Assembly: GCA_950097015.1 (NCBI GenBank)
Contig: CATNEN010000034.1
Coordinates: forward strand, 4,836,001 to 4,900,000
From: Macrostomum hystrix
Lineage: Eukaryota; Animalia; Platyhelminthes
DNA: 64,000 bases
Direction: 5' to 3'
Both the position numbers and the translations under genes were made by a program. Positions 37,450 to 49,137 of this stretch are shown here, piece by piece. Within the stretch, counting starts at the first letter, position 1; the number at the start of each line of letters is the position of its first letter. The notes under the pieces were generated by a model, which was not told where the DNA came from, made no database searches, and saw only the letters and a program-made list of their open reading frames with translations.

Positions 37450-38945
37450 AGGGATCAGTGTCACAGGGCGCACTTGAGGGCCTGTGCATCAACAAAGGCT
37501 GTGCTACTGGCAGAGTCTGGAGTGCCGGCATCATCCAGCAGGCAGTCGACGTAGTGCCGGGTGCATGCTTGCCCTCGCAGGTAGGGTGCTTGTACAGTGA
37601 GCAGCAGGACTTCCTGCACCAGCTCTGGGCAGTACGACTCGGCGCGGATGACATGGCCTGCGAGCTGGAGTTGCCGATGGCACAGAAGTTGGCTTGGCTG
37701 GGCCAGGCTGGCACGGCGGTAGAGTGCCGCATTGGAGACTCGCTGGTCACCAATCTTGAAGGCAGCACGCAGCAGGCAAGCGTGCGCTGCTTCGACCTGA
37801 TGTTCAAGTGAGTCCGTCAGCATCCAGGTCTCGGCGTTGTACAAGAGGACAGTCTCGATCACTGCCCGGAGCAATGCTGCCCTCTGACGGTCAGGTAGGG
37901 CCTCGGACTGCAGAACAGTCCTCACGCAATGGAATGCCGCCCATGCAAGCCCGCGGCGACGCCGCAAATCGTCACAAGCGTTCGGTACCAGACCGCCGAG
38001 GTTGACGAACTGCTGGCATCTTGGGAGCTCAGTTGCCTGCCCATCAGTACCTCGGCAGTAAATTGCTGCCTCGATGTCGCCCGGCACGCAGAGCACTATG
38101 GTCTTCTGCGTGTTGACCACCAGGCCTACGCTCGCCGCAGCACCAACCAGCCTGTCCAGCTGGCGCTTGGCGCTGAGCGCCCTCGACGGTCGAGGACAGC
38201 AGGGCGAGATCGTCGGCGTAGCCAAGCACGCTGAGCCGTTTCTCCGTTTGACGTCGACCCACACGTCGCCGCAGCAGAAGGCCATCGTTGTCAGTCGGAA
38301 GAGCAGTTCGCAGCACCCAGTCAAGCACTAGGATGAACAGGAACGGCGCCAGCGTGTCCCCCTGGAGCACCCCGGAGGATGTCTCGAAGAAGTCCGATAG
38401 GCCGTCCTGAGTTGACACAGCAGCAGTTGTGTGTGTCGCAAGACACAGCGACAGCTCTGCTGCAGCCTCTGTCCGATCAGCGCGCCGACTCCTCCACGAC
38501 CACGATGGTCCGCTGATGAGTAGTGGAGAGTCCATCCGGCACCCAGGTCTTCGCAGTGGAGCCCTGGTTCCGCCCTGATGGACACCTCTTGCAGCGCGAT
38601 GACATCGCAGCTCAGGTTGTGCGCTAGCTTCGCCAGCAGTCCTCTCCGCCAGGTGGCTCTGAGGGTGCGGCAGTTCAGCGTCCCGACCCTGAGCGTGCCC
38701 TGTGGTATCGCTGATTCTCGGTGTTGCTGAGTCAGTTGGTCCCCGGCGCCACCCGGAAGATCCATTGGACCGCGGAGAGTTGCGGCTCGGCGAGCAGCGC
38801 CACGCTGTCGACCTCGCCGATTGCGCTCACGACGTCGTTCAACTCGCCGCCGGGCGCTGCGCTGCCCCCGCTTGGTCCTGCCGCTGTTGGCCGCCGCAGC
38901 AGTTAAGCGCGGCTCACCGACTTCACCACTGGGAGGTCCCAGCAT
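37450..38945 (-). mobile_element. RTE-type LINE with a large internal deletion
   Basis: APE N-terminus (RVGTLNCRTL, DVIALQEV) joined near 38440 to RT (GVLQGDTLAPFLF, YADDL) and C-terminus (LLYNAETW, LQLAGHVIR); frameshifts present. Confidence 0.9.
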
Positions 38946-39334
38946 ATACTTGCACCGGAGAGCAAATATAATAAGTCTGCAATTATAATAAGTCTGCAAA
39001 TTTTTTAATGCACTTGGCACTGAAGCAAAAGAAGTCGAGACTTACTTGGAACACGTAAATAACAAGATCAAATGTAAATAAAAACTCATGGGCAAAATGC
39101 CAACTGAATATAAAAATTGCATTAGTTGTGCCAAGACTTGGCATAAAAGGACATACATATTACCACTTAAAAATGCGTTTGTTGGCAGTCAGAAAATACC
39201 ATGAAAGCCAGAACCTGGTGTAGAAAAAGATTAAATATGGGTAAGGAAATGTAGCTGCAAATTTTTTTTTAATGCACTTCGCACTGAAGCAAAAAACAAA
39301 GAAAACGCTATCCAAGAAACGAAACCCCGTCCGA

Positions 39335-40020
39335 CTAGCAAACTGGTGATCCCTGGCTATGAGGTCCTGAGACAGGACCGGGAAAGAAACAAAGGAGGGG
39401 GTCTCTCCTGCACAGCACAGCCTGTCTACCAGCCAAGGGACTGAAACCGAGCCAGCTAAGAAAATGTCTATTACTATCCAGTTCAGCAAAGACTATCTGC
39501 AGGTTCATAATATCTACGTCCCGCCAGCCAGCTCCTGTCCTAGCAACTTATCTTACAATGCCATGTAACATCTTGGTGACTGCACCACAGGTTTGCATTT
39601 CGTCCCTGGAGACTTCAACACTCACAGTTCTCTCTGGCACTCCTCTATCTCTGATGCCAGAGGCAACCAGCTTGCTGACGATCTCCTTGAGACTAATCTG
39701 GCCATCCTCAATGAAGACTGCATCCTCCCAGCTACCTGGGCCAAAGTTATCCCGCTTCCAAAAGCCGGGAAGGACTCCAGCCTCAGCCCTGGGTACCGGC
39801 CAATCTCTATTTTGTCCCCCGGCCGTTAAGATCCTGGAAAAAATGCTACTGCCACCTTTTCAAAGAACCCTTAAGCTTCCTGAGTGGCAGAAAGGCTTCA
39901 AGGGGCCCTTGACCATCAAACGGCCTTCATTTTTTTCAACCATACCAAACTCCTGTCTATGATTAACAACACTAATCTCCCGGGGACTCGAGTCAGATGG
40001 ATGTTTGCTTATCTCCGCTG
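39335..40020 (+). mobile_element. Degraded I/Jockey-type LINE fragment (endonuclease plus RT start)
   Basis: GYEVLRQDR, GDFNTH, KVIPLPKAGKD..YRPISILSP..KILEK motifs with stops and deletions. Confidence 0.75.
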
Positions 40021-40958
40021 GTCGCTCGGTTTCGGTGGATGCTCACTGGCTTCCTTCATTTCAGCAGCTCTCGTGAGGTGGTCTGGGTCATCGTCGTTTC
40101 TAATAAGTATTATGAAAGTACGCACACGTAGTTTTGGTATGATACGTCAGAATTTATCTGCTAGGACCAGAATTATCTGATTCTGTGGCGACCTTCCAAA
40201 ACATGACGACAGATTAGAAACAGGAGAAACAAGTCTAGTTCACTGACACTAGCTCTTGGCTAGGCTTAGTCGGCTTAATTGCTAGTAAAACAGCTACATT
40301 AGTTAGAAGATTACCGACCAACAAAAACAACTTTCAAATCGAATATACTCACGCGAACCGTCGACAGAAGCCGCACTGCCATGTAGGAAGCTCAAGGCCG
40401 TCGGCCGGAAAAACCAATGCACTCAACGTGAGCCCAAACGTGACACGAGTCACAAAAGATCTGTCATGATTAAGTGTGGAAGCGATCAATGCGTGGTTTC
40501 TTTATTGTAGTATTCGCTGCTGCGTAACAGTTTCTCAAGGTTTAAAATATCACGGTTCTTGTTCCTGTTTCTAAAAATATGCCAGTGTAAAAAAGAGATA
40601 CAAAAATGTAGGAAAAATGCTATAATATAGTTTTTAAGAAAACACACAATATATTAAATAATGTAGTCAGTAACAACACTAGACCAGATATAAGACATAG
40701 CATATATTGCTAAAGTATATATAATAGAGTATGACCAAGCCTTGATTTTGGTCGAGTCTAGTACTTGGTTGAGTATTTCGAGGTCAAGTTGAGTAATTCA
40801 AGTCAAATTGTCATGTAGTAGTAGATGTATAGAGGATAGAGCCTAATTACAAATCTTCCTCTCTCTTGGTAGCGTATCACTCGGCAGAAGCGGTTTTATC
40901 CACAGACCAAGTAATATAACCAGACTGCGCACAGGAGAGAGAGGGGCGTGTCAGTTTT

Positions 40959-43900
40959 GGGTCTACGAGGTTTGCCAGCCGGAAGGTTGCCAGCCGAAGG
41001 TTGCCAGCCAGAAGTTTGCCAGCCAGAAGTTTGCCAGCCGAGAGGTTTGCTAGCCGGAAGGTTGCCAGCCAGAAGTTTGCCAGCCAGAAGTTTGCCAGCC
41101 GAGAGGTTTGCTAGCCGGAAGGTTGCCAGCCAGAAGTTTGCCAGACGAGAGGTTTGCCAGCCGAGAGGTTTGCTAGCCGGAAGGTTGCCAGCCAGAAGTT
41201 TGCCAGCCGAGAGGTTTGCCAGCCGAGAGGTTTGCTAGCCGGAAGGTTGCCAGCCGAGAGGTTTGCCAGTTTGTCCCATTCCCCACATTATTCAAGAGTT
41301 TGACTCAACTCCCTCTCCCCTCCATTTAACCGTTTCAGCGTTGCTTACTTTCAGGTAGACAATCAGAAAAGCCAGACGTGACTATTCAGGAAAACATTCT
41401 CCTTTCTATTTCCAGATCAGCTAGTTTCTCAAAAAACTTCAACGAGCCAGCCGTGTCCCCGAGCCCTTATTTCATATTGATTTCGATTGAGAGGACGAAA
41501 TTATGCTGCAGAAAAATGTAACAGTAATTATCTTCAGGAACTCAGAACCCCCACCCCCTATCGTGAGTTCCCAAAAACAAAAAAGACAGAAAATGGTATT
41601 ACAATTTTTTACAGACTCTTGTATAAAACTATTATTACTGCTTTATTACTACGCTATTACACATGATGGCACGTGCAAAGAGTTGGAACTGTTTGAGAAA
41701 AAATACAACTCAATACAGTAAAAAGAATTCGGTGCAACAGCGCAACAAAATGTTTCTGTGTAACTCAAGCCGGGAAAAACTGTATTACAAAAAGCAGCAC
41801 CACAAAAAGGTAGTTAAGCATTCGCCATCATCAGCTTCTGGGCAAAAGCGACTCTAAAAGTTGCTAGTGCTTACTTGTATTAAGTATAATTCATCCTTCT
41901 TTAATTACTTCGGAACTTTTAAAAGCATTTTCATTATTAAGAGTGCCACCCAAGGCCAAGATAGTAAAAATCAAATATACTAAAATAAGGGACCGAACTG
42001 CAAATGTATGAGAAACTGACAAAAACAGCAGCACCCTGAAAGTTTGAACTCGTCTAAATTGTGCCTCACAATTTGCAACGAATGTGATTATAGAAAGATT
42101 ATCCCCTGGTCTTTACCTGTAAAACAATTATGTCACTATATTTCACCGCAGTATTGACAGCTTGTCATTTGATAAACAATTGCCAGCTATTACTTGCTCA
42201 AGTGATGGGCGATGCCCCTCAGGAAAGAGCGCAACGGAAAGTCAGCTGGCAGTCCACCGTCATTCCAGCGTTGCGTGATGCGCAGGACCATCGCGTTGCT
42301 CTGCGCGTACTTCTGCCTCTCTTGTGGCACTTCGCCCGCGGCAGCTCGCTGCATCAGTAGGCGCTGATGGTCTTGTTCCTTTTTGAGGCAGCTGAGTAGC
42401 CTGAAGACTTGCGGACTGCTGCACGCGAGCACGACTTGAAGCATTCGATGCCAAGCTTCCACACAGTTGTTGGTCCGATGCCGACCCTCAAGCGTGCGCT
42501 GACGGACGTTCCAGACGGCTAGTTCAAACCTTGGTTGCCGCCTCTGGCCATTTGGAAGACGCCGACCAATCCATTGATCCTCAAAGTAATTCGCCACCGG
42601 CGTGAGCTGCTCTGGGAAACCAGGCATCATTATCAGGTCGTCAAACGATGTGGCGACGGAGTCAATGGGCACAAATGGCAGAGCAGTGAGGCAGCGCATC
42701 TAGAGCGATGTTTCCCCATCGTCCTGCTCCAGCTGTTGCTTTGGGCCTTCAGATATGGCCTTGCGGTACACGCACTGCCCTATGTGAAATAGACACCCAG
42801 ACGCGACAATGTCAAAAACGTGCCTGATGGCGTTCATGTGCGCTCGCTCGAAGTCGGCCATCCACCTGATTGGCTGCATGTTTGGTGCAAGATGGAAAAG
42901 CGTCTCGTAAAATCGCTGGTAAGTTTCTTGCGTCTTGTTAGGCAACAAGGCGTATATAAGTGGCCGAACAAACCCATGCCGCTCAACGTGGACTGTCATC
43001 AACTGAGCAAACAAAGTCGGAGAAGCATCGAATGTTCCATCCGAGTAGAAATCACTTGCTTCTTGCAGAAAGCCGAGGCTTTCCTCGCAACCGAAAATCA
43101 GGATCCGATCCGCCGTAGGTCCAGAATCGTGGAGTAGAAACCGCTGTCCATTGTGCTGTTGAAAATCTTCAGGGAGAACCAGCTCAGCTCGACTGGTTGG
43201 TTGGATGGGCAAGCCCTGAACCACTTTACGGGTAGATTGGACCATTTTCTTCAGCGCGGCTTGATTGGGAATGGCGACGGCTGAGGCCTCAGGGAGATTG
43301 TTAGTATTCTCCATGATGATGGTTGTTGTTGGGTTATGAGTAGTAGCAGCTTCTCGCTTCATGCCGCGTATGGCTTCTAGAGCATGAAAACGAGCACCAT
43401 CTGGCCCGTGATTGTGCTGATGCAGCTGCTCAACCTTCATGCCGTCGCGCACATGAATTCGAACGGGGCACGAATCGTGCCGGCCTTGCTCACATTGCCA
43501 GAAACTAAGGGCTTCGTCCAATTTGCTGACCTTTTCGAAAACAAAGTAGTATCCTTCACATGCAAGTTTCGGTTTGCCTCGCTTTGTAGTGGTCGCGCGA
43601 ACCGGTGTTTCGTCCATGATGTCTCTTTCTCTCAAAAGCAATGCCTTGCAAAGTCAGACGAAGCTACGAGTATATATTTCGTCCACACACAACACACCGC
43701 CCACCCACCCCTAATCCCTTCACGCAGACAGCCCTAGCGAGTTTTATGACCCCGTGCAAACCAAAGCAACACAGCCCCCCAGTTCAGTCTTTGTCTTAGC
43801 TTAGCCCAGCCCAAGGATCTAAATTTTGGCTCACGTTCCCCTTACTGCGTCCTGCGGATGCTGTGAAGGCCTAAAGATTGGCGGATTTTACACCCTCGGC

Positions 43901-44426
43901 CCAAGGCAGCGAAGCTGCGTGAGTCATCCTGCATTGCCCACCCCCCCAAACGCAGGGGCTGTCTCAAGGACAGAAAGCTACCAGCCAATAGGAACTCTCC
44001 CAAGACGAACGCCTGGGCTGTTGGGCTGGGGGAAAGGCCTAAGTAATTTTAACACTTTTCGCCTCGAAGATAGCGAAGACAACGTCAACAACGTCATAGC
44101 AAACTGTCCAGCAGCTGGCAAACTTCTGGCTGGCAAACCTCTCGGCTGGCAAACTTCTGGCTGGCAACCTTCCGGCTGGCAAACCTCTCGGCGGGCAAAC
44201 CTCTCGGCTGGCAAACTTCTGGCTGGCAACCTTCCGGCTGGCAAACCTCTCGGCGGGCAAACCTCTCGCCTGGCAAACTTCTGGCTGGCAACCTTCCGGC
44301 TGGCAAACCTCTCGGCGGGCAAACCTCTCGGCTGGCAAACTTCTGGCTGGCAAACCTCTCGGCTGGCAAACTTCTGGCTGGCAACCTTCGTCTGGCAACC
44401 TTCCGGCTGGCAAACCTCGTACTCCC
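40959..44426 (-). mobile_element. MULE/Mutator DNA transposon, 3468 bp, with about 310-bp minisatellite TIRs
   Basis: Ends GGG(TC/AG)TACGAGGTTTGCCAGCC; perfect 8-bp TSD TCAGTTTT (40951-40958, 44427-44434). Confidence 0.92.
42190..43641 (-). pseudogene. FLYWCH-MULE transposase, about 483 codons with one in-frame TAG (42700-42702)
   Basis: FLYWCH-like N-terminus (W.C...C...H.H); DGTF, DFE..H..A, GCLFH and RTNN.VEAWH motifs; both ORF pieces are in one frame. Confidence 0.92.
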
Positions 44427-44917
44427 TCAGTTTTAGTGTAGAAAAAATGGGTCCCCCGCGAAACCCCCCTCCGCGATCGATAATGGAACTAAAGTTGATT
44501 CCCCCAAAAAGGATTCCCCCCACTGGCGCTGCCCTTATGCGAGCATTAAGCACCCTATACCACAGATTCTATATTACCCTTATTCTATATTCTATACTAC
44601 TCTAGATAATATAGAATCTGTGCCCTATACTGCCTGGCTAATTTTATTCATGTGCACTCTATAGGATTCATATGATGCATGTTCTAAAAAAATTAGCATA
44701 TATTATTTATTTTTTAAGTGGATAAAATGTTAGTTTCAATAATGAAAAAATTGACAACGAAAGAGAAATTATTGACGAAAACAGCGACAAAAAAAACAAA
44801 ATAGTTTGTACGAGCTAATTAAGTCAGCATTAAGCATGCAAAAGTTCAGTTAGCAATGGCTTACCAAAAGAAGATTAGAAAAGTCCAACAGCAAGGAAAT
44901 TTTAGCACGCAATATGT

Positions 44918-45404
44918 TCACAAGTTAAGAAAAATAGCTGTTCTCAGCAGTTTCTGCCTCCTTCCAGACTTGACAGTGGAGAGATCCTTGGCTACCTTCT
45001 TCATGCGCACGTTGATGAAAAACTGGCTGAGAACTCGAATTAGGTGCAGCTTGTGGGATTCAATGCCGATGCTGTAGACAGCTGAATGAGAATCCAGATC
45101 ACCGAATAGATTGGCTGACACCCGCAAGAATCTCCTGGATGGCGAGTGCGCTCCGAAAGCTGCAGTCATAAGAAGATTGCCGGATAACATACTCTGCATG
45201 CAGAAACACTCGGAATGCATCAGCGATGGGAAACACAAGTCCTCCGCGGCCTTCGCTATTCATTGAATTATTTTGCAGGGCGAGGGAGGACGGAAGGTGC
45301 GAATCACCGTAATCAGATAAGCTTGAGCTGCCAAGCAGGGCGCAACGACACGGTGCACAGTCCAGGATCTTCAGCACACTGCGAACCACAGCTCCTCCTA
45401 TATA
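44918..45404 (-). pseudogene. P/THAP9-type transposase C-terminal region (3' part; the 5' part is at 48869-48995)
   Basis: YIGGAVVRSVLKILDCAPCRCALL; RGGLVFP; KLHLIRVLSQFFINVRM..RQKL. Removing the CACTG insert restores VVHYIGGAVVR. Confidence 0.8.
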
Positions 45405-46165
45405 CACTGTAAAGGAAAAGTGGCCGAAAAAGTGGCCCATTGGTGGCCGAATGCACGTGGCCGAATGGTGGCCGAAAGAGTTCAAACCGGGGCTACTAGT
45501 GTCCACTTAAGTGGCTAAAAAAGTTGACCATAAGTGGCCGAGTGTAGGTCAAGGCATTCCGGGGCCACTAAAGGCAATTTATCTGTATATGGTCCATGAC
45601 TGAATGAATTTCCCGACGCGTGTTAAAAAAACAAAATAATAAAGGAACGGAGACAGTTTCCAAGATATAGCTATTAGGCTTTTGTATACAGTTATATATG
45701 TATACTAATGAGTTTAAGTTGCAATTATTATTAATAAACTAATTAACGTTCATTTTCAATTATATTTTTTAAACACAGATGTTTATAATGCTTATTGTAG
45801 AAAAACAGTAATTACATATTGGTACATAAAACCGCACAAGATGCATACATACAAGAAACAATTGAACAAAATGTAGAAGCAAAACTAAGTTAGGCATGCA
45901 AATATGAGTTATGAAAAGCATAATCATTGAAAAGGAAAATTATGAGTTTTATAAGTACATCCAATTATGGTTTACTTGGATGGTTTATGGTTTATCAACA
46001 CAAACTTATTTAATTACATTGGTAAAACACAGATGTTTACAATGCTTATCGGAGAAAAACTGTAATTACAGTATACACTGGGATACACTGGGAGAGCATT
46101 ACAAAACTTTTAAATGTCAATTATAATGCGTGGACAGTCTTAACAGACAGGCAGTAACAAGGCAA

Positions 46166-46650
46166 TTAAGCCAACGGCAGTATTTTGGTTACTCCTCGAA
46201 TGGACTGATTTGAGCCTTTGCTTACTTTTCGAAATCCGAATATTATTTCCAAAACTTCGAGAAGGTTTTCAGTTGCCTTATCATGGCGAAGATTTAGGGC
46301 AAGGTAGACCATAATCAATGTCTGAATAGCATGCAGACTCGATTCCGTGCAGCTGACACGTAGACCGGCAACTTGCACAAACCACATGCCATCGTTCACG
46401 ACGAGGTGCACAAGCTTTGATGGCTTAAAAAAAGCAGTCAGCTTTTTTACCTGGCACTTTATGCACAAGATCATGAAGCCTCTCTGGGCAATTTCGTCAC
46501 CGCTTGGTGTGGCAGGCTTGAGGTACTGCTGTGCTCTTGCGCAACGGCGAAATAGCTCCCGGTTGCCGCACAGCCATTGAAAAATTCTTGCAAGCTTGTT
46601 GCGCTGCAGAATGTCCTGCTCCTTGAAGTCGCAACTCTTTAGAGAGTTGT
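46166..46650 (-). pseudogene. C-terminal part of the EnSpm element's second (accessory) ORF
   Basis: LALNLRHDKATENLLEVLEIIFGFR aligns with the C-terminus of the 49138-50526 ORF. Confidence 0.7.
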
Positions 46651-46652
46651 AG

Positions 46653-48239
46653 TCAGAATTTTTCGTCTGGGCATAGTACTGTCCATACATCACTACGCTG
46701 CAAAAAAGAATGATAACGTAGACAGAAATCGGAATCTTCTGCTTTGGCTTTGCAAAATCTGCAAACATAGTCTGATTTAAAATTACAACCTAATCCAACT
46801 AAAGTATTCATAGACAAATTGTCACCTACACAAAAACAGGCAATAACAGGAATTCTACTACTATTAGATCCCATTTCATTTGAAACTTCAAATGAAATGT
46901 CATATAAATCATATTACCAATATCATATAAATCATTCAGCTCCTTAATCAAAGGCAAATAAGATTCATAAAGAGAAACACCATTAGGATTACTATTTTTG
47001 TTATAAATACTTTTCCACTTTACTAAGCTAGCCAAAAAAGTCAAACTTTGTTTAGATTGAAATTCAGAAGGTAGATTCAACACTTTATAGTATATAGCAG
47101 AAATCTTATGCTTGGTTCGTGCTTTTCCAATTGGGTTACAAACCTCAAACTCCTCTGTATATAGAGAAATATAAATTGCCTTTGCATAGTCAACTGCTTG
47201 CTCTTCAGAGTCTAACAAAGGAATAATGTAGTTTTTTAAATATGGACTTCTAAAAAAAGGCCCTTTTTTCTCTAGATTACTATTAAGAATCAAATTATTA
47301 AACTTGCTACTTTGAACTAATGATTTAAGACTTGCACCTATTGGAACATAGTAAATACAAGACCCATGTAGAGAAGATGTAACTTTCTGTGGCTCAATAT
47401 AAGAAAAGTTTTGTCTAATATATTGTAATAATTGGCTTTCACTAAGGAGAATATCAAGGCAACCATCAAAATACATATCAAAATCAAGTTTTTGCTTGAT
47501 ATCTGCAATTTGTTCAGTGTTCATTCCTTGTTCCTTAAGAACTTGTTCCATAATATTACTAAATGAATTAGAAAATGATGCCATGATATCATGAAGTTGA
47601 CAACTTAGATTTTTAGCTACAGAATTAGGCAAGCCATGACAATCACGACTATTGATAAAAAACATGACTATCTTATGAGCAATATCATCTTGCAATTGTC
47701 CTTTTAATTCAAATGCACTGAGCTTACTAGATACAATAGCAAATGGAGGTTGGATGGGTTCAGAGTCAAATAGGCCAATATGTTTGATAGTTTGATTGCT
47801 AACATTGTCAGTGTCAATTTCACTTGTAACTGTAGGCCTCTTAGTAGTAGTATTAGGCATACTGTCATCAGGATCAGCCAAAGATTCATCCAAAATAGGA
47901 TCATTTAGTTGGTCACTAGGTATAGGATTTCGAGGAGTAGCAGTGGTGGATGTTTTCTTAGTCAATTGACTCAATATCTTCAAGTGGACTTTCTTAAGAT
48001 GACGAGAAACCAAGGACTTGGTTTTTGGAAGAGAACATGCAGCCTTTCGAAGGACATTGATGTCGGCGATTCCTAATAAAATTGTTAGCACAAAAGTACT
48101 TGTAATGGTAATTAAATGTAGCACCATCATTTGATGAGAAGTTACACTTGCAACAGAATACAAACATCAAAGCTAGTTGCAGCAGAATGAATCGAGACAT
48201 TATAATAAATATGAAATGTAGACAATAATAGTAAGGCAC
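46653..48239 (-). pseudogene. Animal EnSpm-type transposase, frameshifted and 3'-truncated, with N-terminal C2H2-like fingers
   Basis: LYTEEFEVCNPIGK..KHKI..IYY..LNLP and GDNL...CRFC motifs; frameshifts near 48025 and 46870. Confidence 0.85.
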
Positions 48240-49137
48240 AAATATTAGTTTAGATAATAGGCAAATAATTCAATAGATGTCGATGATTCGGCTAGGCTAG
48301 ATACTTGTCAAAGGTTTAGAGGTTACTTGGACTGGCAGCGGGCACTCACAAGAGGAAGATTACTTGGCAATAGGTCAATTTGTAATCGCAAAACTCGGAG
48401 AAGCTATAGAGGAGATTATTGTAATAGCCAGGCCCGCATGGCGGCCATCTTCTTTTAGTTTGTAAAGGTGCTTAAATTTAAAGTATTAACAAACACTTTA
48501 ATATAAACACTAAGTCACATTGAAAAAAACGTTTTAAAGTTAAGGATATGCTGCAAATATTTTTTACACTTTGTCCCAGGCCATAACGTTCAAAGCTGAA
48601 TTCATAGGTTTGTCGTTAAAACTTTTTCTTTTAGTACGAAAGAAGCTGATTAAGACAGGCCACTTTTATTCTATGAAATGCAGGGCCACATGTGACGAAA
48701 CATTGTTTTTGCACCCTTTACATGGCTCTGTATTTAGCAACGCAAACCATGAGGTCGATTTATTCAGAATATTTCGGCCACCCTTCGGCCACCCTTCGGC
48801 CACCACCAACGTTCGGCCACTGATCGGCCACTGTTTGCCCACTTCACGGCCACTTTTCCTTTACAGTGTAGTGCACAACGGACTGGTACATCTCGCAAGT
48901 TGACAAGGAGCTGCAGTGCTGAATCGAATCCACACGCTTTCCAACTGAGTTCAGCACAGGCATAAGACTCCGTAGAAGTTAAGAACTGGAATCCGCTGAA
49001 ATTAGCAACTTTAAATTTTCATGCATAGCTTTTCCACAATTTTAGCTTGTGCTTAAATATAAAAAACACTTTCTGAACCATATACTACACCAAAACGGTT
49101 TCCAGAAACAATTGAATGCAGAAAAGATGCAGTTGTC

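Larger units (their letters stand above)
45405..48868 (-). mobile_element. CMC-EnSpm (CACTG) DNA transposon, 3464 bp, internally deleted
   Basis: TIRs CACTGTAAAGGAAAAGTGGCCG; TA TSD; subterminal TGGCCGA repeats at both ends. Confidence 0.9.

Noticed and set aside
43826-44605. 259-aa and 191-aa ORFs over the MULE right arm
   Set aside because: Largely translations of the TIR minisatellite.
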